In this document: positions 31,999 through 42,726 of the stretch, in pieces
Position numbering within the stretch: position 1 is the first letter of the stretch
Layout of the letters: every line of letters begins with the position of its first letter
Source of the DNA: an uncultured Acidobacteriota bacterium
Lineage (GTDB): Bacteria > Acidobacteriota > UBA6911
DNA: 64,000 bases
NCBI GenBank assembly: GCA_963809485.1
Contig: CAWEJX010000020.1
Coordinates: 256,001 to 320,000 of the forward strand
Direction of reading: 5' to 3'
Translations under genes and position numbers: made by a program
Notes under the pieces: model-generated
Told to the model about the DNA's origin: nothing
The model's database searches: none
Seen by the model: the letters and a program-made list of their open reading frames with translations, nothing else

Positions 31999-32095
31999 TC
32001 AATGTTTACCATGAGATCGAGGCGGAGCATGCTGAAATCGATCATCGGGAAGCTCCTCCGGATATAGGATTTATTCCGTCGGATTGATGGGATCT

Positions 32096-33136
32096 ATGGC
32101 TGAAGAGATCACGCTGGTCACCGGCGCAACCGGATTCGTGGGGAGCCATGTGGTTCGCCGCCTTCTGCTCCGGGGCGACCGCGTGAGGATTCTCGCGCGC
32201 CGCACCAGCCGCAAATCGAATATCGAGGCATTTGGCTGCGAGATCGCCATCGGTGATCTCAAGGATCAGACGTCGCTGCTGCGCTGCGTTCAGGGTTGCC
32301 GGCGCGTCTTTCATGTCGCTGCTGATTATCGCCTCTGGGCCAGGAATCCTCAGGAAATCTATGACAATAACGTCGGGGGCACCCGCAACCTGCTTTCAGC
32401 CTGTTGCGAAGCCGGGGTTGAACGGGTCGTTTACACCAGCACCGTAGGTACCATCGGAATGCGGAAGGACGGCCTGCCGGTCGATGAAGAAAGCCCCGTC
32501 AAACTGGATGACATGATCGGGCACTATAAGCGATCCAAGTTCATGGCGGAGCAGGTCGCCCAGGAATTTGCAGCCTCCGGTTTGCCCGTGGTGATCGTCA
32601 ATCCTACAACGCCAGTCGGCGCCGGCGATATCAAGCCAACTCCAACGGGAAAAATAATCCTGGAAACTCTTCACGGCCGAATGCCCGCATACGTCGACAC
32701 CGGATTGAACATGGTGGGGGTGGAGGACGTAGCGCGTGGCCACCTACTTGCGGAGGAAAAGGGCTGTGTCGGGGAGCGTTACATTCTGGGCGGTGAAAAT
32801 TGGACACTTGAGGAAATTCTGGAGTGCGTATCGCGTATTTGCGGCAAACACACGGCGCGCGTAAGAATTCCCTGGACCCTGGCGCTTGCGGCCGGCTATA
32901 TCGACAATACTGTCATGGGAACCTTTCTGCGCAGGGAGCCGCTGATTCCGCTCGAAGGCGTTCTGATGGCGCGCTATAAGATGTATATCAGCAGTGAAAA
33001 GGCTCGCAAGGAACTGGGCTATGACCCCCGGCCGGTGGAAAAGGCCATGCGTGAGGCGGTGGAGTTTTTCCTCCATGAATGGCATCCCGATTCAGCACAG
33101 GATCGAGTCTCGAATTTGCGGTCAACGACAATCTGA
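32096..33136 (+). CDS. hpnA: Hopanoid-associated sugar epimerase (extended SDR)
   Basis: TGATGFVG, HVAADYRLW, YKRSK and GDIKPTPTG; first gene of the shc cluster. Confidence 0.9.
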   Translation: MAEEITLVTGATGFVGSHVVRRLLLRGDRVRILARRTSRKSNIEAFGCEIAIGDLKDQTSLLRCVQGCRRVFHVAADYRLWARNPQEIYDNNVGGTRNLLSACCEAGVERVVYTSTVGTIGMRKDGLPVDEESPVKLDDMIGHYKRSKFMAEQVAQEFAASGLPVVIVNPTTPVGAGDIKPTPTGKIILETLHGRMPAYVDTGLNMVGVEDVARGHLLAEEKGCVGERYILGGENWTLEEILECVSRICGKHTARVRIPWTLALAAGYIDNTVMGTFLRREPLIPLEGVLMARYKMYISSEKARKELGYDPRPVEKAMREAVEFFLHEWHPDSAQDRVSNLRSTTI

Positions 33137-33154
33137 AATAGTTCCAGCGTTCCT

Positions 33155-34261
33155 ATGAATATGCAGCGGACCGAAGTGCCAGGAAAAGATCCACGGAGCC
33201 CTTTCAACGGGCGTAAGATGCGGGCAGCCGTGTACCGGGGTCCGTCGAACATCTGCGTGGAGACCGTTCCCATTCCCGAAATAAAGGCGGAAGAGATCCT
33301 GCTGCGCGTGCATGCGTGCGGAGTCTGCGGCACCGACCTGAAAAAAATCGAGCATGGCCTGGTTCCGCCCCCACGCATCTTCGGGCATGAAATCGCCGGC
33401 ACAGTGGTTGCGGCCGGGTCCAAGGTCACGAAATTCAAAGTCGGAGACCGTGTAACGACGCACCACCACATTCCCTGCCGGAAATGCTTTTATTGCCGCA
33501 AGAAGCTTTTTTCCCAATGCGAGTCCTACCTGCGGACCGGGACGACAGCAGGTTTCGAACCTGCAGGCGGCGGCTTCGCGGAATATGTCAGGGTTATGGA
33601 TTGGATTGTGGACGAAGGCACGGTGGCCATCCCCGGACATGTGAGCTTCGAGGAAGCCAGTTTCCTTGAGCCGCTGAATACCTGCTTAAAGGCCTTGGAA
33701 ACGGCCGGGCTTGAACCCGGCGAGGTGGTGGTCGTATACGGACAAGGACCGGTCGGCCTGCTCATGATGCAGGCTGCCCGGTGCGACGGGGCGCGCGTAA
33801 TCGGGCTGGATTTTCTGGAAGGCCGGCTGGCGGTTGCCCGGGAACTGGGAGCCGCCGCGGCGCTCAATCCTGAAAGGGACGATGTGAGTGCGGCTGTCGC
33901 CAGGCTGACCGAAGGGCGGGGAGCGGACCTGGCAATTATCGCCGCTGCAAATCCGCGCGCCATAGAAGATGCGCAGGGCATCATCCGGAGGGGCGGCCGG
34001 GTGCTGCTGTTCGCGCAGACGGTTCCCGGCGAGAGGATCTCGGTCGATGCGTCCCGCATATGCGTGGAGGAAAAGAGACTGATCGGCAGTTACAGCGCTT
34101 CGGTGGAGCTTCAGGACAAAGCCGCTCATCTGATTTTCACCGGCAAGGTAAACGTGGCGAGGCTCATCAGCCATCGGTTTGCACTGGAAATGCTCCCGGA
34201 AGGAATTCATCTTGCGGCGCATCCTTCGGAGCACTCGCTAAAGGTCGTGATACAGCCATGA
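33155..34261 (+). CDS. Zinc-dependent medium-chain dehydrogenase 1
   Basis: CGTD, GHE, structural Zn motif CRKCFYC...C, and GQGPVG. Confidence 0.88.
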   Translation: MNMQRTEVPGKDPRSPFNGRKMRAAVYRGPSNICVETVPIPEIKAEEILLRVHACGVCGTDLKKIEHGLVPPPRIFGHEIAGTVVAAGSKVTKFKVGDRVTTHHHIPCRKCFYCRKKLFSQCESYLRTGTTAGFEPAGGGFAEYVRVMDWIVDEGTVAIPGHVSFEEASFLEPLNTCLKALETAGLEPGEVVVVYGQGPVGLLMMQAARCDGARVIGLDFLEGRLAVARELGAAAALNPERDDVSAAVARLTEGRGADLAIIAAANPRAIEDAQGIIRRGGRVLLFAQTVPGERISVDASRICVEEKRLIGSYSASVELQDKAAHLIFTGKVNVARLISHRFALEMLPEGIHLAAHPSEHSLKVVIQP

Positions 34262-35313
34262 GAGAATTGATTGCCAGAGAGAAGATGACCGCAGCCGTTT
34301 TGTATGGGAAGCGGGATGTGCGCATCGAGCAGATCCCGATCCCGCGCGTAGGCCCGGGGGAGGTTCTGGTCCGCATCAAGGCGGCCCTCACATGCGGAAC
34401 CGATCTGAAGGTCTACCGTCAGGGATTCCACGCGCGCATGATCGTGCCTCCCGCAGTGTTCGGCCATGAGCTGTCGGGAATTGTTGAGGAGGTCGGCGGG
34501 GGCGTGGAGAGCTTCTCTTCCGGGATGCGCGTCGTGGCGGCCAACTCAGGCCCCTGCAACGAATGCTTCTACTGCCAACGTCACCTTGCCAACCTGTGCG
34601 AAAATCTGCAGTTCATCAACGGCGCATACGCCGAGTTCATCAAGATACCCGAATCGATTGTCCGTCAAAACCTCCTGATTCTGCCCGACAACGTCAGCTT
34701 CCATGAAGCGGCTCTCGTGGAACCTCTGGCCTGTGTGCTGCGCGCCATCGAGAAAACCGAGATCGAGGAAGGGGACACGGTCGCCGTGATCGGGATCGGC
34801 CCCATCGGGCTGATGTTTGTGCAAGTGCTCAAATCGGCGGGAGCCCGGGTCATTGCTCTGGGGAATCGCGGCAGCCAGCTGACAATGGCGAGCGCCATGG
34901 GAGCCGATTACGTAGTGGATTCGACAAAATCCAACGTGGTGGAAGAAGTCCGCAAAGTCACCGGAGGCAGGCGCGGCGCCGATGTCGTGATTGAAGCCGT
35001 GGGATCCAAGGAAACCTGGCAGCAGGCCATGGGAATGGTGCGGCGTGGGGGAACCCTTAATCTGTTCGGGGGGTGCCCTTCCGGAACGCACATCCCGCTG
35101 GACAGCACCCTTATTCATTATTCCGAAATCACGATCAAGGCGAATTTCCACCATACGCCTCGCCATATCCGGGAAGCTCTGGACGCCATTCACCGCGGCA
35201 AGCTGAAGGCCAGAAGCCTTATTACGGGAGAAGAGCACCTCGCATCCCTGGGCACTGTCCTGGAGAGACTGCTGAACCGGAATGGGGACATCAAAATTGC
35301 CATTATCCCCTGA
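34258..35313 (+). CDS. Zinc-dependent medium-chain dehydrogenase 2
   Basis: CGTD, GHE, CNECFYC...C and GIGPIG; ATGA overlap with the upstream paralog. Confidence 0.88.
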   Translation: MRELIAREKMTAAVLYGKRDVRIEQIPIPRVGPGEVLVRIKAALTCGTDLKVYRQGFHARMIVPPAVFGHELSGIVEEVGGGVESFSSGMRVVAANSGPCNECFYCQRHLANLCENLQFINGAYAEFIKIPESIVRQNLLILPDNVSFHEAALVEPLACVLRAIEKTEIEEGDTVAVIGIGPIGLMFVQVLKSAGARVIALGNRGSQLTMASAMGADYVVDSTKSNVVEEVRKVTGGRRGADVVIEAVGSKETWQQAMGMVRRGGTLNLFGGCPSGTHIPLDSTLIHYSEITIKANFHHTPRHIREALDAIHRGKLKARSLITGEEHLASLGTVLERLLNRNGDIKIAIIP

Positions 35314-35382
35314 GGAATTTTTTCGGGAAAATCCCGCTTTGTTTGCGGTCGCCGTCCGGGCCATGGAGCTCCTTAGAAACAA

Positions 35383-36327
35383 ATGAAACCGGAACTGTTA
35401 GCCTCGTACAAGTCTGCAGAATCGGTTGCACGCCGGCGCGCAAGCAATTTTTACTACTCCTTCAAGGTTCTCCCCCCGGAGAAGCGGCGCGCTTTCTGCG
35501 CCGTTTATGCTTTCATGCGCTATTGCGACGACGTCTCCGACGGAAATTCCAGTTTGGATGCGAAGCGTTCAGCCTTGCGGGAATGGCGCGACCAGATTGA
35601 CGCAGCATTTACCGGCAGCCGGGGAGAAAATCCCATTCTCCCCGCTTTCCGCGACACGGTGCAACACTACTCGATCCCCGCCCGGTATTTTCACTGGATC
35701 ATCGACGGGGCCGAGATGGACCTGGACATTTTTCAATACGAGACATTTGACGACCTCTACCGGTATTGCTTTCATGTCGCATCGGCCGTGGGTCTGGTTT
35801 GCCTGCAGATCTTCGGTTTCAGCGAAGATCGCGCCCGAAAATACGCCGAGCAGTGCGGCGTTGCCTTCCAGATCACGAACATACTCCGGGACATCAAAGA
35901 GGACGCGGATATGGGCCGGATTTACCTTCCGGCAGAGGATCTCCGGAGGTTCGGCTACTCGCCCGATGATCTGCGGCGCGGCATACTGGATGAAAGGTTC
36001 CGCGGGCTGATGGAGTTCGAGGAAAAGCGGGCGCGCGAATATTATGCGGCGGCGCGAAACCTTGTCCCGCTGGTCGAGGAAGCGAGCCGGCCGGCGCTCT
36101 GGGCCATGATTCAAATTTACCAACGCATACTGGACAGGATTGCACAGCGGCGCTACGACGTGTTTCGCGCCCCGGTGCATCTTGGCGGCGCCGAAAAAAC
36201 CGCCATCGCGCTGCAGGCGCTCGCCATGAGGTTTTCCCGAAAGGCCCGATACAACGGAGTTCGGCGTAAAGCGCAGAGGATAGCCAATGAGTGCTCGGAA
36301 AAATACAGTGAACCATCTAAAAGATGA
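35383..36327 (+). CDS. hpnD: Phytoene/squalene synthase family protein (HpnD-like presqualene diphosphate synthase)
   Basis: SNFYYSF, YAFMRYCDDVSD, YC..VAS.VG and QITNILRDIKED..GRIYLP. Confidence 0.8.
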   Translation: MKPELLASYKSAESVARRRASNFYYSFKVLPPEKRRAFCAVYAFMRYCDDVSDGNSSLDAKRSALREWRDQIDAAFTGSRGENPILPAFRDTVQHYSIPARYFHWIIDGAEMDLDIFQYETFDDLYRYCFHVASAVGLVCLQIFGFSEDRARKYAEQCGVAFQITNILRDIKEDADMGRIYLPAEDLRRFGYSPDDLRRGILDERFRGLMEFEEKRAREYYAAARNLVPLVEEASRPALWAMIQIYQRILDRIAQRRYDVFRAPVHLGGAEKTAIALQALAMRFSRKARYNGVRRKAQRIANECSEKYSEPSKR

Positions 36328-38287
36328 GGCAGCCCAATCCGCAGGTTCGGGGTCGGACATGAGGGACGCGGGATCCTGCGCCGCTCCGGATGCAGTGTTG
36401 CGCGATCAGGCACGACGGTCCCTCTCCAGAGCAACGGACTGCCTGGTCTCCATGCAGGATCCGTCAGGATTCTGGTGCGCCGAGCTCGAAGGAGACTCCA
36501 TCCTGCAAAGCGAATATATCCTTCTGAAATTCATCGTGGAACAGGAAAACGACCCTCGTCTCCCCAAGATCGCCAATTATCTGAGAAACCAGCAGAGGAC
36601 CTCCGACGGCGCGTGGATTCAATATCCCGGGGGCAAGCCTGATTTGAGCGCCACCGTCAAGGCCTATTTCGCTTTGAAGCTGATGGGCGACAGCATCGAC
36701 GCCCCGCACATGAAAATCGCGCGGGAGCTGATCCTCTCGCTGGGAGGCGCGGAGGGCTGCAATACCTACTCAAAATTTTATCTTACCGCGCTGGGCCAGA
36801 TGCACTACGACTGGGTGCCGGCCATACCTCCGGAAGTGGTCCTGTTGCCCAAATGGTTCTATTTCCACCTGGACAAAGTTTCCGCGTGGTCGCGGACCAT
36901 GATCATGCCTCTGGCTGTGGTTTCGAGCTACCGTCCCGTTCGGCAGCTGCCTGCGCCCCGGGGGATTATGGAGTTGTATGTCAATCACGACTACCTGCAC
37001 CGTCCATTCATCGGATTCGACAAGCAGCTTTTGAGCTGGAAAAACCTTTTCCTGGCAATCGACAGGGGGCTCAAGCTCTGGGAAAAAACCAACCTCAAGC
37101 CCATGCGCCGGAGCGCGCTGCAGCGCATCGAGGAGTGGATCCTCAAACGCGCCGACGGGAAGCGGTCCGACGGGCTGGGCGCGATCTTTCCCCCGATGGT
37201 CTACATCATCATCGCCCTGCGCTGCCTGGGTTATTCCATGGACGATCCGCGTGTAAAGGAAGCCACGCATCAGCTCGAACGGCTCATGATCGAGCAAGGT
37301 GACTGCATCAGGCTTCAGCCCTGCTTCTCTCCGATCTGGGACACTGGAATTGCCACCTATGCTCTCTGCGAGGCAGGATTCAATCAGGATCACGATTCCA
37401 TGCGCAAGGCGGTCCAATGGCTGGTGGGGAAAGAGTGCCGACATTTCGGTGACTGGAAAGCCAACGTGCGTCAGCCCGTGGAGCCTTCCGGCTGGTATTT
37501 CGAATTCAATAATTCCTACTATCCCGATGTCGACGATACCGGCATGGTCGCGATGGCGCTGCTCCGTTCAGGATGCGAAGAAGGCAAGCTTCCATCGGAA
37601 CGCGGAGTCCGATGGATCCTGGCGATGCAGAACGAAGACGGCGGATGGGCTGCCTTCGACCGCACGATCAACCGGCCCATCCTGGAATACATCCCCTTCG
37701 CCGACCATAACGCCATTCAGGATCCGTCCTGCCCGGACATTACAGGGCGAATGCTCGAATGCCTCGGCCACTTCGGTTTTCGCCCGGATCACGCCGCCGT
37801 GCAGAAAGCGCTGCAATTCCTGGAATTCGAACAGGAGCCCGAAGGTTGCTGGTTCGGCCGTTGGGGCGTGAACTACATCTATGGAACCTGGCAGGTCGTC
37901 TGCGGGCTCAAGACCTTGGGCGCCGATATGAGCCAGCCCTGGATCCAGAAAGCGGGCGCCTGGTTGCGCAGCGTTCAGCAGCAGGATGGATCCTTCGGCG
38001 AATCCGCCGAGACTTACGAGGATCCTGCCCTGAAAGGGTCCGGACCTTCCACAGCTTCTCAAACGGCCTGGGGAACCATGGCGCTAATGGCGATCTACGG
38101 GCCCCATGATAACGGAGTCTTACGGGGAATCCGCTACCTGCTCGACACCCAGCTGGCCTCGGGGACGTGGGATGAACCGTGGTTCACAGGCACAGGATTT
38201 CCCAGGGTTTTCTACCTGCGCTACCATCTTTACAGGCTGTACTTCCCGATCATGTGCCTGGGACGCTGGCTGAACGCGGCGCACTGA
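36287..38287 (+). CDS. shc: Squalene-hopene cyclase
   Basis: YPDVDDT (DxDD), QW-type repeats (QNEDGGW, QEPEGCW), GRWGVNY and TGTGFPRVFYLRY. Confidence 0.96.
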   Translation: MSARKNTVNHLKDEAAQSAGSGSDMRDAGSCAAPDAVLRDQARRSLSRATDCLVSMQDPSGFWCAELEGDSILQSEYILLKFIVEQENDPRLPKIANYLRNQQRTSDGAWIQYPGGKPDLSATVKAYFALKLMGDSIDAPHMKIARELILSLGGAEGCNTYSKFYLTALGQMHYDWVPAIPPEVVLLPKWFYFHLDKVSAWSRTMIMPLAVVSSYRPVRQLPAPRGIMELYVNHDYLHRPFIGFDKQLLSWKNLFLAIDRGLKLWEKTNLKPMRRSALQRIEEWILKRADGKRSDGLGAIFPPMVYIIIALRCLGYSMDDPRVKEATHQLERLMIEQGDCIRLQPCFSPIWDTGIATYALCEAGFNQDHDSMRKAVQWLVGKECRHFGDWKANVRQPVEPSGWYFEFNNSYYPDVDDTGMVAMALLRSGCEEGKLPSERGVRWILAMQNEDGGWAAFDRTINRPILEYIPFADHNAIQDPSCPDITGRMLECLGHFGFRPDHAAVQKALQFLEFEQEPEGCWFGRWGVNYIYGTWQVVCGLKTLGADMSQPWIQKAGAWLRSVQQQDGSFGESAETYEDPALKGSGPSTASQTAWGTMALMAIYGPHDNGVLRGIRYLLDTQLASGTWDEPWFTGTGFPRVFYLRYHLYRLYFPIMCLGRWLNAAH

Positions 38288-38459
38288 ATGGGGATTTTCC
38301 CAGTCTTCGCATTCCCGGTTCGGGCGTTGGGTCGGAGTCGAATACCCGCGGACGCACGAATACCTCCAAACCAAATCGTGAATGATCGCAATTCCGCGCT
38401 TGTCGCGTTCCATGCGTTATGCGAAAATGCGGATCTTTCAATCCTGAAAGGGGACTGCA

Positions 38460-39512
38460 ATGAGCACGAAAATACCCGTGGGGGTCCTGGGCGCGACAGG
38501 CGCCGTCGGCCAAAAATTTATCAAGCTGCTGGAGGATCATCCCTGGTTCGAGGTGACTGAAGTCGCCGCTTCGGAGCGAACCTCCGGGAGACTCTATGGA
38601 GAAGCGGTTTCCTGGAAGCAGGTTACGCCGATTCCCCAACCTGTCCGCTCGCTGGAAGTCCGTCCCTGCACGCCCGACCTGAAGTGCCGCGTCGTATTTT
38701 CAGGACTGGACGCAGGAGTCGCCGGCCCCATCGAAGAGGACTTTGCCCGCGCCGGCTATTTCGTGCTCAGCAATTCGAAAAATCACCGCCTCGATGAAGA
38801 CGTTCCTCTGGTGATACCCGAAGTGAATCCCGATCACCTGGAATTGATCCCGATCCAGCGCCGCAACCGCAATTCGACCGGCTACATCGTCACAAACTCC
38901 AACTGCACGACGATGTTCCTGGCCATGGCTCTCGGACCCATCCACAAAGTTTTCGGCCTCGAGAAAGTTTTCATGGTCACGATGCAGGCGGTATCCGGTG
39001 CGGGGTATCCCGGAGTTCCGTCCCTGGATATCCTCGGCAATGTCATACCCTTCATCGGCGGAGAGGAAGAAAAGGTAGAGATCGAGACGCGCAAGATACT
39101 GGGCACATTCAACGGGCAGAGAATCGACCTGGCGGATTTCCCCGTCAGCGCTCAGTGCAACCGCGTTGCGGTGGAGGACGGGCACACGGAATCCGTTTCG
39201 GTGAAGCTGGTCCGAAAGACGACTGCGGCCGAAATTGCCGGGCTGCTGAGCGGATACTCCGGCGTGCCCCAGCAGCTCGGGCTGCCCAGCGCTCCCGAGC
39301 AGCCCTTCGTAGTGACGGATGCGCCGGACCGCCCGCAGCCGCGCTTTGACGTCAACCGCTGCAAAGGGATGGCAACCTTCGTGGGCCGCATCCGGCCCTG
39401 TCCGATTTTGGACTTTAAATTCACCCTGATGGGCCACAACACGGTTCGGGGGGCGGCAGGGGCTTCCATCCTGAACGCGGAACTGCTCAAGGCCCGGGGG
39501 TATCTGGGGTAA
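38460..39512 (+). CDS. asd: Aspartate-semialdehyde dehydrogenase (archaeal/fungal-like subtype)
   Basis: LGATGAVGQ, PEVN, NSNCTT, QAVSGAGYPG and HNTVRGAAG. Confidence 0.93.
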   Translation: MSTKIPVGVLGATGAVGQKFIKLLEDHPWFEVTEVAASERTSGRLYGEAVSWKQVTPIPQPVRSLEVRPCTPDLKCRVVFSGLDAGVAGPIEEDFARAGYFVLSNSKNHRLDEDVPLVIPEVNPDHLELIPIQRRNRNSTGYIVTNSNCTTMFLAMALGPIHKVFGLEKVFMVTMQAVSGAGYPGVPSLDILGNVIPFIGGEEEKVEIETRKILGTFNGQRIDLADFPVSAQCNRVAVEDGHTESVSVKLVRKTTAAEIAGLLSGYSGVPQQLGLPSAPEQPFVVTDAPDRPQPRFDVNRCKGMATFVGRIRPCPILDFKFTLMGHNTVRGAAGASILNAELLKARGYLG

Positions 39513-39515
39513 TTC

Positions 39516-40889
39516 ATGATAGTCTGCAAATTCGGTGGCACTTCCGTGCAGGATGCGGAAGCGTTAACGCGCCTGGTTGAAATCATCAGAGTGCGCCTGA
39601 AAAAACAGCCTGTGGTTGTTGCTTCCGCAATGGGAAAAACAACCAACCAGCTGCTTGAGGCGGCACAGACCGCCGCGAAAGGAAAACGTCAGGAGGCGCT
39701 GGATCTTCTTTCCAAGATAAAGGAGAAGCATCTCAGGGAAGCCCAGAAGTTCGGAATTGCGGTAACCGAGGACTGGGTCTTCGAGACGATTCACGCATAT
39801 TTCAAGGAGATGCGCGACCTGGCCAAGGGGCTGGCGGCGCTGGGCGAACTCACGCCCCGCATCACGGACGCGATGGCCAGCTACGGCGAGCGGCTCTCCA
39901 CCGCCATCCTTGCTCAGGTTCTGGAAAACCAGGGCATTCCGGCGCAGCTCATGGACGCGCGGCAGTGCATCATCACGGACGATAATTTCATGCGCGCAGC
40001 CCCGCTGTTCGACCTGACCGATGCAGCCATCGTCGAGCATCTTCGCCCCGTCATCCAGGCAGGCAAGGTCCCGGTCTTTCAGGGATTCATTGGCCGGACG
40101 CGGGAAGGGATCACGACCACCATTGGCCGGGGGGGATCGGATTACAGCGCAGCGATTGTGGGCGCCGCGCTGGACGCTGAAGACATCCAGATCTGGACCG
40201 ATGTGGACGGGATCATGACGACGGATCCGCGAATGGTTCCCGAGGCCCGGCGGATCAAATCCATCTCCTTTGACGAAGCGGCCGAGCTGGCGTACTTCGG
40301 GGCGAAAGTCCTTCATCCGGCCACCATCATCCCGGCCGTGCGCAAAAAGATTCCGGTTCATGTGCTTAACAGCTACAAGCCCGATCAGGATGGCACGCTG
40401 ATAACCGACGAAGCGCCGCCCTGCGAAAATCCCATAAAGGCCATCGCTTACAAGAGCGGCATCACCGTAGTCAACGTCGCTTCCACGCGCATGCTGATGG
40501 CCTACGGCTTCCTCAGAAAAATCTTTGAAATATTCGACCATTACAGGGTGCCCGTGGATGTCGTTTCCACGTCGGAAGTATCCGTGTCCCTTACGGTAGA
40601 TGATACATCCGCACTCTGGGATATCGTCACGGAGCTGAAAAAGATCGGCGAGGTGAATGTCGAGGGATCCAAATCCATCGTCTGCTGCGTCGGCGACAAT
40701 TTAAAAAATATCCCGGGCGTGCCGCATCTTGTTTTCAATGCGCTTCAGGACGTGAATATTCACATGATTTCCCAGGGCGCCTCCGCCATCAATATCACGT
40801 TCGTGATCGATGAAGACCGGCTGCCCGAAACCGTGCGCGGCCTTCACGACGCCTTTTTCAGGAAGGTCGACCGGCTCATCTTCGAGTGA
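39516..40889 (+). CDS. lysC: Aspartate kinase (lysine-sensitive AK-III type)
   Basis: [29 protein letters not shown] and ACT domains. Confidence 0.94.
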   Translation: MIVCKFGGTSVQDAEALTRLVEIIRVRLKKQPVVVASAMGKTTNQLLEAAQTAAKGKRQEALDLLSKIKEKHLREAQKFGIAVTEDWVFETIHAYFKEMRDLAKGLAALGELTPRITDAMASYGERLSTAILAQVLENQGIPAQLMDARQCIITDDNFMRAAPLFDLTDAAIVEHLRPVIQAGKVPVFQGFIGRTREGITTTIGRGGSDYSAAIVGAALDAEDIQIWTDVDGIMTTDPRMVPEARRIKSISFDEAAELAYFGAKVLHPATIIPAVRKKIPVHVLNSYKPDQDGTLITDEAPPCENPIKAIAYKSGITVVNVASTRMLMAYGFLRKIFEIFDHYRVPVDVVSTSEVSVSLTVDDTSALWDIVTELKKIGEVNVEGSKSIVCCVGDNLKNIPGVPHLVFNALQDVNIHMISQGASAINITFVIDEDRLPETVRGLHDAFFRKVDRLIFE

Positions 40890-40943
40890 ACCGGCCGGAT
40901 GGGATTTTCGCCTGACGAAGGATCCCTCTAAGGGAGGAGACCT

Positions 40944-41645
40944 ATGAAAATTGCGTTGCTCGGATACGGCAAGATGGGCAAGATGGTGGAATCGCTGGCG
41001 CAGCGCCAGGGCTGGGAGGTCGGCCCGAAGCTGGATATCCAGGACAATGAAGGGGGATGCGGCATCACGCCCGCCTCCATGGCCGGCGTTGACGTTGCCA
41101 TCGAATTCAGCCAGCCCGCCGCCGTCATGCCCAACATAGAGGCTGCTGCCCGCGCAGGGATTCACCTGGTCATCGGGACCACCGGGTGGGCGGATCAGCG
41201 CAGCAGGGCCGAACAGGTCGTCCGGGAGTCCGGAATTGGCCTGGTGTACGGCGCCAATTTTTCGCTTGGGATGAATCTCTTCTTCGAAATCGTTTCCCAT
41301 TCGGCGCAGCTTATCGGAATGATGCCGCAATATGACGCTTATATCTCGGAAGAGCACCACCGGGCCAAAAAGGACGCTCCCTCAGGCACGGCTCTGAACC
41401 TGCTGGATGCGATGCGCCCCCATTTGAGCGATCCGAATCTCAGCATCGCCAGCGTACGCGCCGGCTGGATTCCGGGCACTCATGTGATCGGCTTCGACAG
41501 CGAGGCGGATACCATTATCCTGGAGCACAGGGCTCGCAGCCGCCAGGGATTTGCCGAAGGCGCGATCCTGGCCGCGCGCTGGATCGCCGGCAAAAAGGGA
41601 TTTTATGATTTCCGGCAGGTATTCCGGGAGATCGTGGGCCTATAA
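40944..41645 (+). CDS. dapB: 4-hydroxy-tetrahydrodipicolinate reductase
   Basis: GYGKMG, GTTGW, NFSLG and EHH..KKDAPSGTA. Confidence 0.94.
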   Translation: MKIALLGYGKMGKMVESLAQRQGWEVGPKLDIQDNEGGCGITPASMAGVDVAIEFSQPAAVMPNIEAAARAGIHLVIGTTGWADQRSRAEQVVRESGIGLVYGANFSLGMNLFFEIVSHSAQLIGMMPQYDAYISEEHHRAKKDAPSGTALNLLDAMRPHLSDPNLSIASVRAGWIPGTHVIGFDSEADTIILEHRARSRQGFAEGAILAARWIAGKKGFYDFRQVFREIVGL

Positions 41646-41742
41646 TTGATTCGAGATTTGAAATTCGAGATCCGATATTCCGTTCAGCGCGTCATCCCGA
41701 GTTTCGAAACTCGGATGTTTAATCCACTTAGAGGGGGAATGT

Positions 41743-42642
41743 ATGGGCAAGCTCGAAGGGCTTAAAGGCTGCGGCACTGCTTTGGTCACGCCATTCCTGG
41801 CAAACGGCAAGGTGGACGAAAAAGCGCTGGTGTCGCTGGTCAACTGGCAAATCCAGGAGGGCGTTCACTTCCTCGTTCCCTGCGGCACAACGGGGGAAAG
41901 CCCCACCCTGAAGCACGCGGAGCATCTTGCGGTTGTCGAAGCGGTTACGCGGACGGCAGCAGGCCGAGTGCCTGTGCTGGCCGGAGCCGGCGGGAACGAC
42001 ACGGAAAAAATAGCAGGCCTCATTGCCGAATTGAAAAAGCTCGGGGTGGACGGCATTCTCTCGGTCTCTCCTTATTACAATAAACCGACCCCGGAAGGCA
42101 TATACCAGCATTATCGCGCGCTCGCGGAATCCACGGACTTGCCCATTATTGTCTATAACGTACCGGGCAGAACCGGCTCGAATATACTGCCCGATACCCT
42201 CATGCGTCTGGCCGAAATTCCGAATATTGCGGGAGTTAAGGAAGCCAGCGGCGATATTTCCCAGATCGGCGAAATCTGCACCAAGGCGCCGGCCCGCTTC
42301 AGAATTTTATCCGGCGACGACTCTCTGACGCTGCCGACCATCGCGCTCGGAGGCCACGGCATCATATCGGTCGCCTCCAACGAAGTCCCGGGAATGATGG
42401 CCAGGTTTGCCGAAGCATGTTTAGAGGGGCGCTGGGAAGAAGCACGCACCTGGAACCGGAAGCTGTATCCCCTCATGAAAATCAACTTCGTGGAATCCAA
42501 TCCCATCCCTGTAAAAGCGGCTCTGGCCATGATGGGCAAAATTCAGGAAGTGTACCGGCTCCCGCTGGTTAAAATTTCCGAAGGGGCACGGGCAAAAGTC
42601 GCATCGGTACTCTCGGGAATGGGCTTAATGGCCGCGCAATAA
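41743..42642 (+). CDS. dapA: 4-hydroxy-tetrahydrodipicolinate synthase
   Basis: TALVTPF, GTTGE, YNVPGRT, KEASG and ESNPIPVK. Confidence 0.95.
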   Translation: MGKLEGLKGCGTALVTPFLANGKVDEKALVSLVNWQIQEGVHFLVPCGTTGESPTLKHAEHLAVVEAVTRTAAGRVPVLAGAGGNDTEKIAGLIAELKKLGVDGILSVSPYYNKPTPEGIYQHYRALAESTDLPIIVYNVPGRTGSNILPDTLMRLAEIPNIAGVKEASGDISQIGEICTKAPARFRILSGDDSLTLPTIALGGHGIISVASNEVPGMMARFAEACLEGRWEEARTWNRKLYPLMKINFVESNPIPVKAALAMMGKIQEVYRLPLVKISEGARAKVASVLSGMGLMAAQ

Positions 42643-42726
42643 AGGGTGCGGGGGAAGCATTTCCCTGCCTTTGGGTCCCTCTGCCTCTTTGACCCTTTGA
42701 CGCTGCAATTTCTGTAAAGAGAACTC

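Noticed and set aside
38288-38459. Lysine riboswitch upstream of asd-lysC-dapB-dapA
   Set aside because: No recognisable AGAGG(T/C)GC...L-box core and no terminator in the 170-bp spacer.
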